Positions 48,301 through 58,397 of a stretch of DNA of 64,000 bases are shown one piece after another (positions within the stretch are counted from its first letter, which is position 1; every line of letters starts with the position of its first letter). Both the position numbers and the translations under genes were made by a program. This DNA is from a virus. The notes beneath the pieces are model-generated. The model searched no databases. It saw nothing but the letters and a program-made list of their open reading frames with translations, and was not told the origin of the DNA. The stretch is from positions 5,860 to 69,859 of IMG/VR virus record IMGVR_UViG_3300034073_005046. One strand, 5' to 3'.

Positions 48301-48902
48301 AGAAACGAGGTTTTTGGTAGTATGATTCTATTTACGTGAGAACGACGCCGCACCCTAATCGATTCAGGATACCTCGCACTAAGGAAATACCCTACATTGT
48401 CCGGATCAGTCTCTGCGTTGAACAGGCTAGCACGAGATGTGGAGAGAGCTACGGACTGTCTGACCGGGCTACTAAATAGGCTGGTACCTATTGTGTTGGA
48501 CCGGTACTGTGCCCCCGCACACTGGATCGATCCGTTGTAGATGATTGCGTTAGGTGTGTTGAGGGTGGGTGCTCCGATACCACCGAGGGGGAATTGGGGC
48601 GAATAAAATTCTTTGTTGGTGTATAGACGAGTAGGGATACGGTCGTTATATATCTCAGAGAGCTGGTGGAGGGAGGGCAGCAGGAGTCGAGATAGACCAG
48701 AGGCAGCCCGAAGATCTTCCCTACTGATCGATTCGGATATACCATAAATGCGATCTAATATCTCGGGGCGAATGAGGATATTCCTCAACGCATCGCGTCT
48801 GTCGGAATCAAATATCTCAGCCAGATTACTAACGCTATCTGACCTCAGGCCAATATCTGGACGTGAAAATCTGCCAAATCCGGAGAAAAATGAATCCGCC
48901 AT
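45393..48902 (-). CDS. Large virion protein with leucine-rich-repeat-like region
   Basis: Repeated LxxLxL/LDLSxN patterns (LTTLDLSG, LRSLSLYG, LTSLN..SGLTGKFP, LDLSANSI). Confidence 0.6.
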   Translation of the reverse strand: MADSFFSGFGRFSRPDIGLRSDSVSNLAEIFDSDRRDALRNILIRPEILDRIYGISESISREDLRAASGLSRLLLPSLHQLSEIYNDRIPTRLYTNKEFYSPQFPLGGIGAPTLNTPNAIIYNGSIQCAGAQYRSNTIGTSLFSSPVRQSVALSTSRASLFNAETDPDNVGYFLSARYPESIRVRRRSHVNRIILPKTSFLAKSPIVENPSHAITVNIDNGNTGTITPVRLLATKNTPLRVYCRMATGRVRFTFTDSVAPYFFGYQIQPAQQRPNSPAVDFLPVDQKFQQTGSSTYTLDIDITSTGYQNLYDLYLYLYVNPEKVAGIEFEGIDIREFPDRKDLGLVGFNNLRTFRVSGGSMTILPLWLKTLRTTLTTLDLSGSGDTWRSGPMGWFDIRNSSATPSFSHPLYTAAGYLTIPKTGAMINEDGDDWSDQLFEKYILNQSRTAGTDYRQFSALTSISLGGRFYGRNPRFDDIFPNLRSVSWSNNLDIQVIFGTPPKINNNGGIIDYNVSGTGTSGPIEAIGTSATDTDNTINGPSHISKYKINSFNVAGVYGRINNLTGYINDPSESWSNWTGTTTSIDITYTNIDIDLQSAVWQNLVSLGASFSGGAQFVSPTSPLRVPKLRSLSLYGSGTTGPMPTLGSSLDTGSLESLNIGACNSISAVVSNGISYLLPASFATSRSLGNEHRLTDLTVNYFSPAYRFRNRDLDNLHNLTSLNTERSGLTGKFPVFPLKLQYETDTKSISIYSPLCNFYDLRNLSINSSNFYFARDVRSLVFNSQNASGSGCLLPTFQGTSTTNIQTVDISNSLPSTYPSDWSVAAVRGKYVNDSDSSTSVSGLSMVRSTQTDPDDNVYTLTGASNFKQLVQVNDVIRASEGGPDLARVLSVTNTTVTIDSDIPGLVPSPLYFVRRTINTSDWFGTGFSSLLVFRASNCKLSGTLNIRANLSNIRDDSYPALDLSANSISGYESGSLSQIFTGNSRRITIDLSRNSLSTEKIREIISEVSTLDASRRFSNCRVRLAFNKAGVENYTQSEVFPVTVSAASDVVTSLYRNELFKVYEERTLTDEEGNTTTVEVQVGTRTVSIPGSLVSGTYYKTRTDKRQIIEENPVAILFKNLRGILIDLGFTYRSPDTSPTIVSTEYSNSTTRYQSIIDAGYDPADLVNP

Positions 48903-48928
48903 TCCGGTTATACTACCCCTCTATACGA

Positions 48929-48938
48929 GCTTTCAACG
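48929..48938 (-). promoter_or_regulatory. Class L motif CGTTGAAAGC(TCGTA)TAG
   Basis: Exact, about 27 bp upstream of ATG 48902. Confidence 0.75.
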
Positions 48939-48942
48939 AAAC

Positions 48943-51900
48943 TCACTGCTCGGAGTAGTTCAGGGACACATAGATCTCCCCACCATCGATGTTGTTCAAG
49001 GCTCGAGCGATGATAAATGTGGCAAGATTGCCGTCATCTTCATTCACAATGCTTTCGGCTGAAATGTTGAAGACCGTGTTCAAATCGATTTGAGTAGGGG
49101 TGTTGGAGGATACGTAGTAGGTAGCTAGGGGGGATCCCAGGCTATTGTCTGTTAGCCATTTGATCGGGTACTGAGATTCGGTGAAAATACCGGCGGAATT
49201 AGTTCCTCCAGCAGACAAGAAGCTACCACACTTTCTCGGATTACTGTGTATAGATTTGAATGTATCGAGGGTGGCTTCACTAGCATCGAAGGTGGGTGCG
49301 GTTGGTAGACCGAGGGAATCGGGAACCGTCGTGGCCACAATACCCTTCACTGCTCCATTAGCACTCGGACTGGCTGACCACTGGCTATGATAGTCGGCAG
49401 TCTCGGAGTCGGAGATAGATACTGTGCTACGGTGGGGTGTTAGTGGTCGGACATCAATGCCTCTGGCTGTTTTCTGGCCTATCCACACCCCACCGAGTTC
49501 AGCACCCTGTCTACCTTGCACGAAAACACGGATGAAAGGCACATTACCAGGTGCGATGCGGGATACGAGGATGTTACGGACCCTTGATCGTTTATCGATA
49601 CTGGCCATATAAACAACATTGTAGTATACCACAACGTCGCCTACCGATATGCCGCCAGGCAGAGAATTGCCGAGAGGCAGGAGATATAAGGCTACGCCGT
49701 CATCGACAGTACGGACTATGCCACCAGTCGTTGAGATGTTCGCAGACGATGCACCTTGGACGATTGTGACGGTGTACGATTCACCCAAATTGGGCCAGGG
49801 AGACACAGGGTCGGAGATGTAGTAGGTGGTTACGAGGGTATCCGGATCTACTTCAGCGATGATTGATACGTCTGAACGGAGTTCTCGACCAGCCTTACAG
49901 AATAATCCCCTGCAGTCGTTAAGATCGATGCTAGATAACTCACCATATGTAGTGGTTTCACCAGATTCTTGACCGTACGTATTCCCTACAACCACCGGAT
50001 TAGTTTCGATGTACACCGTGTTATCAGGATGGTCCGATACAAAATCGTAAGGCAAACCTTCATAGAAGTTTTCGCCATCCCAAACTGCATTCGGTTCGAT
50101 TCCCCAGTCTGGGTCGGAAGTGGTGGCGTAGATGTCGCTGGAAGGATTGGTGGTGTCTGGCCAGATGAAACCGAAGCGTAGGGCAGATGCGTGAGATGAG
50201 TCGAGACCGGACCCTGGGCCACCTACCCAGTAGATATAAAACTCATCGCTTAGCACATCGACCGTGCTGAGCAGGATTTGGTCACGCCTGAAGTAGTCGA
50301 ATTCGATGTCGTAGCCCAGATCGTAAGGTGAAATGGGGGCGTAGAGGTTGGGCAGGTAGATGTTGGTTGGAGTAGGGCTGGGGTTACGGTTAGAAAGATA
50401 CGGTGTGCCTTGTCCATCCCTTTGTAGTTTGATAATCAGCGAGTCTCCACTAAAATCTCTCAGCGAGGCTGGAAACAATCCGTACAGATCATCGCCCACA
50501 ACCCTGATTACCTGATTTCCCACCGACCAATTTGCTGATACAGTCGGATCTCTGAAGTTACCGGCCGACGCCGTGCTGTATGCCGCCACAGCACTGTAGC
50601 TCGCTGCGTTGTCTGATGTGATGCCGATCGCAGGGCGGTCTAGGGTGAAGTAGGGGTCGATGGTGAATTTACCCTTCAGACGGCGTTCTTCGGGCAATAG
50701 GGTCCACCTGTAGCCTTCCTGGTGCGTATAAGCCCACTCCGGACAACCCCTTTGCCTGATGATCTTAATCTCACAGTCTTGCTGGCTATGCACAAAGAGG
50801 TTTTCAGGGAAAATCTCCTTCTTGTTGTAAAGCTCAGTACCGAATCGGTTTACAACAAACTGCCTGGGCTTAATGCCCATTAGTGTTGTCCAGTCGATGG
50901 CGTTGAGAAGGGTTTTAGACTCTGAGAAACCAGGGTTACGGAGATACCTTACCCTCGACTGAGCATTCAACGTGTACAGCGTGCCTTCATCGTATCCATC
51001 AATGTAGTACGATGCGCCGAACTTATTGACGTACTGATCGACTCGTATCGTTGAGGAGTCGGTGATTAGTAGGCGATACTTGAAGTAGAAGAAGGGGTCG
51101 GCGAGGCATGGTTGACCGAGTTGGTTCTCGATCACCAAAGTGTGAAGGGTAACCCATCTACACTCACCGTTCTCTACGGGAATGTAGGCATAAAACCTAG
51201 CCCCAATCGCACCGTACCAGCCAAACTCAATCTTGTACATGGTGACGGTGTCGGGATCGAGAATATAACCGCTCTGGCCCTCACCGCTTAACGGGTCACC
51301 GTTCATGATATTTTGTTCGATGACCGTCTCGTACTGGACCTGGCCATTACGAATAACGGTTCGGGTGTTTTCCGGATACCTCGCTTCGCGCAAGAAGTTG
51401 GTATCCTCGAGGGGAACGATGGAACGTCTTACTACTGAGAAGTTAGCTCCGTTGCTAAGACGGAACATATACGAGTCAGTATCATTCTCGATGCCAAACT
51501 CCAGGATTGTTCCTGGTCCAGCTCCTATCTCACTGACTTTTACACCATAAGTGAACCCGCTAATCCGGCCGGGCTGATACCTGAACGACCGTATCGATTT
51601 TAGTGTGATTTCGCTTCGGATGCCCTGCGATCCGCCGATTCGGTTGGTGCTGGTCGGCAATCCGATTTGCGTTTGAGGCCAGGATGTAGAGAAGACATTG
51701 TTTACTTTGTCTGGTAGGACTGGGGTGTCTAGGACGAAGTAGGGAAGCTTGAGGTCTTTCTCGAGCTGGGTTACAGTGGAGAGATCAGGGTGTACAGTGA
51801 ACTCCCAATTCTTCAAGTCCTCCCTCATCTCGTCCCAGCGAAGACCGAAGTATTTCTCCCATAACTCGGCTTGTGGATTCGTACGGATCCTGTAGTGGCC

Positions 51901-52893
51901 TTTATCTTCGGGGCGTCCGGAGGGATAGTATACCCTCGTGCTGCTGAAGAAGAAGGAGTCCCAAGATACATCGAGGTCTTGGGGTAGGCGGCTTGTCGCC
52001 TCGGTGATAATCACATTGCTTGTTCCCCACAACAATGGGTTGTTTCGCCAGTTAGTGATGCTGACTGTATTGAAGTTGTAGGCTTGTCCGGTGGGGAGTA
52101 CAGGGTAGTTGCTGACAGGACCGAAGCGGTTTTGATTAATATCTAACCAAATCTTGTCCCAATATAACTCGTCGAAGTCGGGATAAGTCGATAGTAGGTA
52201 GCCGAGATTAAACTGCTCACGCAGTGAGGTAGAGAAATTCTCCGTCATGTACCTGAATAGGTATAAGGCTACGATAGAATTGATATATTGTCCCCAGCTT
52301 GTGTATCTCTCAGCCCCACCAGGATTGATTAGTTGGTCTTGGATGCCAGGTTTGGCCGGGGGTAGGAAGGGCGTGGGGTTAGCTGACAGTACAATAGCCG
52401 CGTTCCTGCTGTCCTCGGTGAATCGAGATGGGTAGTAGTTGCCACTCGAGCTAGGACGTCTTGTCCACCACTGCATTCCCTCAGAATCCTCATAGCCCCC
52501 TACATCCACTCTCCAGTCTTTGGGGTCTAAGCCATATGTCGAGACATTGCCGAACAAACCTTGCTGAGTGGTTTCGCGATTGATGCCCAGCAACGACCTG
52601 GACACCTGACTCTGCTCGGCGAATTGCTCGACGATAGGCAGAGCGGCTGGGCTTCCCTTGCTAAAAATGTTCTGACTACTCAGACCGTCGGTTTGATAAG
52701 ACTCTGAGTCAACCACAACACTCGGTGCCGTGTCAGCCCCGTACTCGCTGCGTCTATACTCCTCTTTCTCTGTGACCAACGGTGCGCCTTGCTCGGTGGA
52801 CAGGGCGAGGCCCCTAATGTCCACCATCTGCTTGACTCCTCGGCTACGCCGAGGTGGAGTTTTATCTGCCCGGATAGATTGTTTACCAGCCAT
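48943..52893 (-). CDS. Large virion structural protein (paralogue 1)
   Basis: SLLGINR.....LFGNVSTYG, FRYQPGR, VTMYKIEFGWYGAIGA and KFGASYYIDG. Confidence 0.65.
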   Translation of the reverse strand: MAGKQSIRADKTPPRRSRGVKQMVDIRGLALSTEQGAPLVTEKEEYRRSEYGADTAPSVVVDSESYQTDGLSSQNIFSKGSPAALPIVEQFAEQSQVSRSLLGINRETTQQGLFGNVSTYGLDPKDWRVDVGGYEDSEGMQWWTRRPSSSGNYYPSRFTEDSRNAAIVLSANPTPFLPPAKPGIQDQLINPGGAERYTSWGQYINSIVALYLFRYMTENFSTSLREQFNLGYLLSTYPDFDELYWDKIWLDINQNRFGPVSNYPVLPTGQAYNFNTVSITNWRNNPLLWGTSNVIITEATSRLPQDLDVSWDSFFFSSTRVYYPSGRPEDKGHYRIRTNPQAELWEKYFGLRWDEMREDLKNWEFTVHPDLSTVTQLEKDLKLPYFVLDTPVLPDKVNNVFSTSWPQTQIGLPTSTNRIGGSQGIRSEITLKSIRSFRYQPGRISGFTYGVKVSEIGAGPGTILEFGIENDTDSYMFRLSNGANFSVVRRSIVPLEDTNFLREARYPENTRTVIRNGQVQYETVIEQNIMNGDPLSGEGQSGYILDPDTVTMYKIEFGWYGAIGARFYAYIPVENGECRWVTLHTLVIENQLGQPCLADPFFYFKYRLLITDSSTIRVDQYVNKFGASYYIDGYDEGTLYTLNAQSRVRYLRNPGFSESKTLLNAIDWTTLMGIKPRQFVVNRFGTELYNKKEIFPENLFVHSQQDCEIKIIRQRGCPEWAYTHQEGYRWTLLPEERRLKGKFTIDPYFTLDRPAIGITSDNAASYSAVAAYSTASAGNFRDPTVSANWSVGNQVIRVVGDDLYGLFPASLRDFSGDSLIIKLQRDGQGTPYLSNRNPSPTPTNIYLPNLYAPISPYDLGYDIEFDYFRRDQILLSTVDVLSDEFYIYWVGGPGSGLDSSHASALRFGFIWPDTTNPSSDIYATTSDPDWGIEPNAVWDGENFYEGLPYDFVSDHPDNTVYIETNPVVVGNTYGQESGETTTYGELSSIDLNDCRGLFCKAGRELRSDVSIIAEVDPDTLVTTYYISDPVSPWPNLGESYTVTIVQGASSANISTTGGIVRTVDDGVALYLLPLGNSLPGGISVGDVVVYYNVVYMASIDKRSRVRNILVSRIAPGNVPFIRVFVQGRQGAELGGVWIGQKTARGIDVRPLTPHRSTVSISDSETADYHSQWSASPSANGAVKGIVATTVPDSLGLPTAPTFDASEATLDTFKSIHSNPRKCGSFLSAGGTNSAGIFTESQYPIKWLTDNSLGSPLATYYVSSNTPTQIDLNTVFNISAESIVNEDDGNLATFIIARALNNIDGGEIYVSLNYSEQ

Positions 52894-52896
52894 ACC

Positions 52897-55800
52897 TCAC
52901 TGCTCCTCCCAAGTCAAAGAGTTGACGATGGAGAGTTGGGTAGATGGTTGAGAGGTGGCCGATGTCGATTCCCACATCGTGTATGCGCAGAGGATATCGA
53001 CCTCGTTGGTTAGAGGGAAGGAGATATACTCTTTGTTATACGCGAAGTAGTCGGTCAGGTCGTATTGCGAGCCTCCCGGGTTTGTATACAGCGAGAAGAT
53101 AGTGTTGCCGGTATTGGCGACGGGGGAGAGGCGGAAGTCTTGAGATACCGAGGCTCCTGACAACTGCGCGATGGATTCGAAACTACCGACTTTGTCAGTT
53201 TCATTCCACTTCTTCTGATCTTCATACTTCGTGTGAACGAAGTCGCCAGTAAATAAGGTGATGGTACCTTCGGCGTTGAAAGTATACATTCGTACGGGCA
53301 GCAAAGATCCGTAGACGGTTACAGGCTCTGGCTGAGCGGTGTAATTCTGAACATAGTAGTTGCTACCTTTCCTGAAGAACCTCACCAGGACTGAGTCTTC
53401 GGATACAGAAGGACTGGCAGGAAAACCACCCACTGGCACTGACCCCGTCGCAATTCCGCGCATGTAGCAGTGGAGGTAGGAACCGTCGGAGGGCAGGAGG
53501 GTCTGGAGGGTTGAGAAATCGCCACTGGAAATGTTGACGCCCGAATCGATTTCCCTAGGAGCTGTGCCAGAACCCAGGTCAAACCCGAATTGCGGTGATC
53601 CAGAGATACTATATAGAGTGATGGCGTAGGTTTGAGAGAGAGCAGAGTTGTCGAGGTTGTTGGTAATTAGAAGAGGGTTTTTGATGAAGTTTACGGTGAG
53701 AATGTTATTCGACGTATCCGCTGCGGGCTGGGTAACACCAATGCCGTATTTGATTGGATAAAGCTGGATGCGGTTGCGAATAGGCGTACCGGTCGTATTG
53801 GTCACCTCGTCTTTTGCCCTCAACGCTACCATCGCCCTTTGACGACGAGGCACCATCAACTCGATAGGATCTCCATTGCTGAGGAAAGTAGTAGATTTGT
53901 TAAAGTAGAGCCTCACCCTCGTACTCTCATTCTCTACCCAAATCACCCTCATCGTTGTGTCGGTCTTAAGATACGATCCGATCAACTGATCCTTGTCGGC
54001 CTGAGGTACAGCAGACGCTAAGATGCTAAAATAATTCGCCGCAGGCGCTGTGGCCACAGTGGTCTTGATGCCACCATAGGCTACAGACTTAGCGTAGTCG
54101 GAGGATTTAGAGAGAAGCTTAACTGTACCTTTATCGCCACCATCGATGTAATACGACGCACCGTATTTCACCAGGCTACTCTTGGAGTCAGGCAAACCAT
54201 TGCTGAGGCCGGAGTGGGTGAGATAGGTGATAGGCAACGTCGCGTTACCCAACGACGCTACATCAAGTTGGTTAGATGCCCGCATGTGGTGGACACGAAC
54301 CCACCTCGCTTCGCCGTTTCCTACGGGAACGTAGCAAAGGAACAACGCGCCTACGGCTCCGTACCACGAGAAGTCGATCTTCCACATCGTGACTTTTGTA
54401 AAGTCGACATCGTAGACGGAGGGTGCGGTGAGAGTCTGGCCGTTGAGTTCGACAGGGTCGCCTGGGCGTTTTACGCCGATGATGGTGGGGTCGACGTTGG
54501 CGGTGGATACATCGCTCCAGCGGACAATGTTATCGCTTTGACCGTTGAGTTGGTCGGCGCTGAACATGGCACGCACGGGTCGCCATTCATATACTGTGCG
54601 GTATTGAGGGGGCACACAGAGCCTAAACCATTCCTTCAGGGTGATGTTCTTTGTTCCGGGGTCAGCCGATGCGGTATCGTACTCTTTCTCTGCACTGCGG
54701 TGAGAATCAGCGCCAAACGCATTGTCGAAATCGCTATTGCTGACTTGCGTACCGCCTTGAACTGTGACAAGAAGGTTCCAGACCTTCACACCGCTGTTAA
54801 CCTCACTCGGATCGGTATCATAGCCGAAGCGGGCGTTATCAACATTAACGTCAAGGGCGTCGCCGGACAACCCGATCTCACCAGTGAAGCCGGTGCCGTT
54901 GCCACGAGATAGGTTAGTGACAATATCTTCCCATCTGCAATGAGCATCGAGACGAATATACTCTGAAGCGGGCTTCAGGAATTCGTTGTTGGTCCTCCAC
55001 CCCTCGTACTCCAGGCTGGTGTAGGTATCGGACTCGCGTTGGTCGAGGGGGAATTGAAACTGCCGGCCAGACAGGTGTTCGATGAAACTACCCCCCGCAT
55101 CGCGGTAGGCTAGACGCACTGCATAGCCAGCATCCGATTCGTAATCGGAGAGGGTGTTGGGCGCAGATTCGATGGCTCGGACATCGGCGGGGGCATAGCA
55201 CAGGCTCGGGTCGTAGATAGCGGCTGCGACATAGCAAAGGCCGTTTCGGTAGATGACAGGGTCGGTGCCAACAACGCCCCAGTTGCCCCCCTTGATGTTA
55301 CTCGTACCGCTCAACGACGCGACGCGATTCCACGCATCACTGGTGGATTCGATGCCAGTGGGTTGGGATGGTGTGAGGGCTTGGGTGCGGCGGATACACC
55401 TGAAGTCGTTACGATCGCCACCATTAACAATCTCGAAGTAATACCCATCGAACTTATCAAAAATGCCCCACTTTTTGATGGTCGGAGCGCCCTTCATCGT
55501 GTTACGGTTAGGCGTAGCCGCGTCGTAGGTAGATAGCGTGCGATTCATTTTAACGCCCATCGTGGACGATGATACGCGGCCAGGCTGATACCTAAAGAAT
55601 CGCTTAGAGGTAAGAATGGTTGTCTGGCCTTCCGCTGCCACCAGCTCCGCGCCGGCCTCGGTCGCTAAGTGATTCACCCCCGTGCCGGTATCCGGATCGT
55701 TCTCCAGGGGGACTTGCGACCACTCGGACGGATTAACATCGTACGTGTTGACGTCAGCGAAGATGCCTAGGGCTACTTCGGCCCGGGGGATACCCAGCAA

Positions 55801-55953
55801 GCTAAGTGCGACCTCTGACTGGACTTTATTTTGTTCTTCGACAGGGATGGGTGGCTGGTCTTCAGCGAAGACGACAGGCAACGAGTTGACGGCCTTCTGT
55901 TGGCCAAGGGGAACGGGGGCGGTCTTACCGATAATTGTTTGTTTGTTAGCCAT
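52897..55953 (-). CDS. Large virion structural protein (paralogue 2)
   Basis: SLLGIPR.....IFADVNTYD, FRYQPGR, VTMWKIDFSWYGAVGA and KYGASYYIDG. Confidence 0.65.
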   Translation of the reverse strand: MANKQTIIGKTAPVPLGQQKAVNSLPVVFAEDQPPIPVEEQNKVQSEVALSLLGIPRAEVALGIFADVNTYDVNPSEWSQVPLENDPDTGTGVNHLATEAGAELVAAEGQTTILTSKRFFRYQPGRVSSSTMGVKMNRTLSTYDAATPNRNTMKGAPTIKKWGIFDKFDGYYFEIVNGGDRNDFRCIRRTQALTPSQPTGIESTSDAWNRVASLSGTSNIKGGNWGVVGTDPVIYRNGLCYVAAAIYDPSLCYAPADVRAIESAPNTLSDYESDAGYAVRLAYRDAGGSFIEHLSGRQFQFPLDQRESDTYTSLEYEGWRTNNEFLKPASEYIRLDAHCRWEDIVTNLSRGNGTGFTGEIGLSGDALDVNVDNARFGYDTDPSEVNSGVKVWNLLVTVQGGTQVSNSDFDNAFGADSHRSAEKEYDTASADPGTKNITLKEWFRLCVPPQYRTVYEWRPVRAMFSADQLNGQSDNIVRWSDVSTANVDPTIIGVKRPGDPVELNGQTLTAPSVYDVDFTKVTMWKIDFSWYGAVGALFLCYVPVGNGEARWVRVHHMRASNQLDVASLGNATLPITYLTHSGLSNGLPDSKSSLVKYGASYYIDGGDKGTVKLLSKSSDYAKSVAYGGIKTTVATAPAANYFSILASAVPQADKDQLIGSYLKTDTTMRVIWVENESTRVRLYFNKSTTFLSNGDPIELMVPRRQRAMVALRAKDEVTNTTGTPIRNRIQLYPIKYGIGVTQPAADTSNNILTVNFIKNPLLITNNLDNSALSQTYAITLYSISGSPQFGFDLGSGTAPREIDSGVNISSGDFSTLQTLLPSDGSYLHCYMRGIATGSVPVGGFPASPSVSEDSVLVRFFRKGSNYYVQNYTAQPEPVTVYGSLLPVRMYTFNAEGTITLFTGDFVHTKYEDQKKWNETDKVGSFESIAQLSGASVSQDFRLSPVANTGNTIFSLYTNPGGSQYDLTDYFAYNKEYISFPLTNEVDILCAYTMWESTSATSQPSTQLSIVNSLTWEEQ

Positions 55954-55955
55954 GA

Positions 55956-58205
55956 TCAGGAGTGAACGATGAGGTTGCCGTCAGCCACGAAATAATCGGA
56001 CCGCTGGATGTACAAGGAGCCGCCCAAGAATTCGATGGGGGTGGTAGTCAAAGTGAGGCCGGAGATTGGGTTTAGCAGGAGGGAGTTAGTGTCGGTATCT
56101 ATGCCAATCACAGTGTACGCTACATCTTGATCTAGACCGGCTAGGTTGGTGTTATCGAAACCGGTGATTTTGATCCTGTCGTTTTCCGGACTCGATGCGG
56201 AGTAGATCTGGAAGCCCAAGATATCACTGGGATTTCTAAGGCGCACAGCTACGTACTGGTTGCCACCCACCGTCGCACTGAGAATCGAAAGAGGGGAGAG
56301 GTTTCGTCCGATTAGGACGGTAGCCTTAACCTCGTACATGTACCCGTCAGCGTTTGTCAACGAGTTTGTGGCCGGTATCGTCTTACCGTTGTAGTTAGCT
56401 GAGGTAGTGGCTGGGAGAGTGAGAGAGAAGATGCCCGCCTCGAGTTGTGCGGAAGTCTCCAGGACACGGAACGCACCGATGGCGGGGGTGGTCTTGATCC
56501 CTGAGGAGTCGAGTGCGTAGATGTCGGCGTTTACGGAATTTTTGAGTATACCTACCGACTCGCCACCCAGCGTTACGGTCATATACACTGGATCGAGAGC
56601 GAAGCCCGATCTCACCTCGATGGCCGCTTTGCTATATTCATTGTTATACGTGTCGATGGAGCGGATTAACGAGTCGTTGTCGCTGTAGGCCAGGTTCCCC
56701 TGCGCGTTCCACTGGAACGAGGTCTCGAGGACTAAGCCGTTGTCTCCGCAGGCCCTGATGATATTTCCATTAATCGTACTGTAATCTGTGCTTATCACCT
56801 TCGGGCCGGTGGTGGCGAACTCGAGGAGATTGGCTTGGGCGACCACGTTCTCACTCGTATCGATGAGGAGAGGAGATACGGTCTGCTCGTAAGAGCGACC
56901 GGTCAACCTGATCGTATTGCCAATCAACGATGCGCCTTTGGTGTCGTAGAGGGCGATGCCACCGCCTCCGCACCCGGTCACCGTACAGTCGTTGATGACA
57001 ACGTTGTCCGCGTAACGGATCTGCAGGCCTACTTCGGAGGTGATGGGGGATACCTGGGAGAACGATTCGGTCCGATTGCCGTCGAAGGCTATTGAGCGCA
57101 GGCGAATACCTCGCACACGAGGTGACACGGACTCTCCGGTGAAATTCAAGATGCCAGGGTTGCCCGGATTACTCAGCGTACACGGTAGCCGCCTAATCAC
57201 CGATCCGTCTCCCACACCTCGGATCGAGATGTTAGAGAAGTTGGATTGAGATGTATTGGTGAAAAACGTATCCGCCACATTGTAGATGCCGGCGGGGAAA
57301 AATATCTCCTTTACATCACTGGTTGAGGCGAGGTTGATGGCTGTTTGGACAAAACTCGTATCGTCGAGAGTAAATGTTACGGTGTCTCCGGCTTGTAGCT
57401 GAGAGTTAGCTGATAGGCCAGTGCATTGGATGTAGGAGGGCAGGGTGCCGAGCTGGTTAGGCAATATCGTTACGCGCTCCTTGCCAACTACTTTCCTAAT
57501 CTGCGTCGCATCGACTCCGGTTACAGAGAAGACGTTGGAGAGGAAGTAGGGGAGAAGGGGATCGGATTCCCAGCCAGGAATCTCGAGGAGGCCGAGGTCA
57601 CGAAAGGCTTGGGTTCCCGACCCTGGATAGCCAATCTTGTTGTTGCCAATGACTCCGAGAAAATCGACCCGGCTACCCCAGACCCGATAGATGACCGGCA
57701 AAGCGTATTGAGATGTTCGGATGAAGTCTAGTTGTACGTATTGTTCGGTTCCCCAGAGGTCGGGGTTCAAGACTTTTGTCCCTACCGTTACGGTTGACCG
57801 GAAGAACGGTAAGCGACCGGTTTGCGGGTCGAAGCCGAAAACGTAGTAGGTGAGTGGGGCGAGGTTGGGGTTTGCCCCAAGAGATCCGGAAAAATCAACG
57901 TTTACGACGCTCGAGGATGATACGGAGAGAATAGGGGTTTCCTCTAGCCCCGGGGTTCTATACCCAAAGAGTTGAATCCCTACTCCGCTCTTCAGTACGT
58001 CGGTATACTGAAAGATGGAATTACCTTCGCCATCATCGATGTTGCTGATTGTTACAACGCCTTCGGCATCGATGTCGGTAACGGTGCCAGTAAATTCCAG
58101 GTCTCCCCTGCCACTCGCACCGATGTTCCGGACATTGATGTAGGCGTTTTTGTCCTCTGGTACCTGGACTATGACATCCGAGGCCAGATCTGGAATGTAC
58201 CGCAT
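55956..58205 (-). CDS. Right-handed beta-helix (pectin-lyase-like) virion protein
   Basis: DDT..VQTAIN...IFFPAGIY...ISIRGVG..S.I...FDGN followed by GN-rich coils. Confidence 0.75.
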   Translation of the reverse strand: MRYIPDLASDVIVQVPEDKNAYINVRNIGASGRGDLEFTGTVTDIDAEGVVTISNIDDGEGNSIFQYTDVLKSGVGIQLFGYRTPGLEETPILSVSSSSVVNVDFSGSLGANPNLAPLTYYVFGFDPQTGRLPFFRSTVTVGTKVLNPDLWGTEQYVQLDFIRTSQYALPVIYRVWGSRVDFLGVIGNNKIGYPGSGTQAFRDLGLLEIPGWESDPLLPYFLSNVFSVTGVDATQIRKVVGKERVTILPNQLGTLPSYIQCTGLSANSQLQAGDTVTFTLDDTSFVQTAINLASTSDVKEIFFPAGIYNVADTFFTNTSQSNFSNISIRGVGDGSVIRRLPCTLSNPGNPGILNFTGESVSPRVRGIRLRSIAFDGNRTESFSQVSPITSEVGLQIRYADNVVINDCTVTGCGGGGIALYDTKGASLIGNTIRLTGRSYEQTVSPLLIDTSENVVAQANLLEFATTGPKVISTDYSTINGNIIRACGDNGLVLETSFQWNAQGNLAYSDNDSLIRSIDTYNNEYSKAAIEVRSGFALDPVYMTVTLGGESVGILKNSVNADIYALDSSGIKTTPAIGAFRVLETSAQLEAGIFSLTLPATTSANYNGKTIPATNSLTNADGYMYEVKATVLIGRNLSPLSILSATVGGNQYVAVRLRNPSDILGFQIYSASSPENDRIKITGFDNTNLAGLDQDVAYTVIGIDTDTNSLLLNPISGLTLTTTPIEFLGGSLYIQRSDYFVADGNLIVHS

Positions 58206-58223
58206 CGTTTAATATCCTCTACC

Positions 58224-58397
58224 TTAGCTTTCAACGAGAAAACGGCTAAGTAGGGGGTGAGAACCTAAACCAGCTTCGCGGAGTTCGGCTTTCGCTTTGG
58301 CGTATTCTTCGGGACTTTCGGATAACCTTTTCAGCTCTCTCTCAACCTCGTGCGGATCGGGGTATTTACCATCCACCTTGTAGATATTCTCTAACAT
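58224..58397 (-). CDS. Small hypothetical protein (57 aa, not in the ORF track)
   Basis: TGATG coupling to the upstream gene. Reads MLENIYKVDGKYPDPHEVERELKRLSESPEEYAKAKAELREAGLGSHPLLSRFLVES. Confidence 0.6.
   Translation of the reverse strand: MLENIYKVDGKYPDPHEVERELKRLSESPEEYAKAKAELREAGLGSHPLLSRFLVES
58227..58236 (-). promoter_or_regulatory. Class L motif CGTTGAAAGC(TAAGG)TAG
   Basis: Exact, about 22 bp upstream of ATG 58205. Confidence 0.75.
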
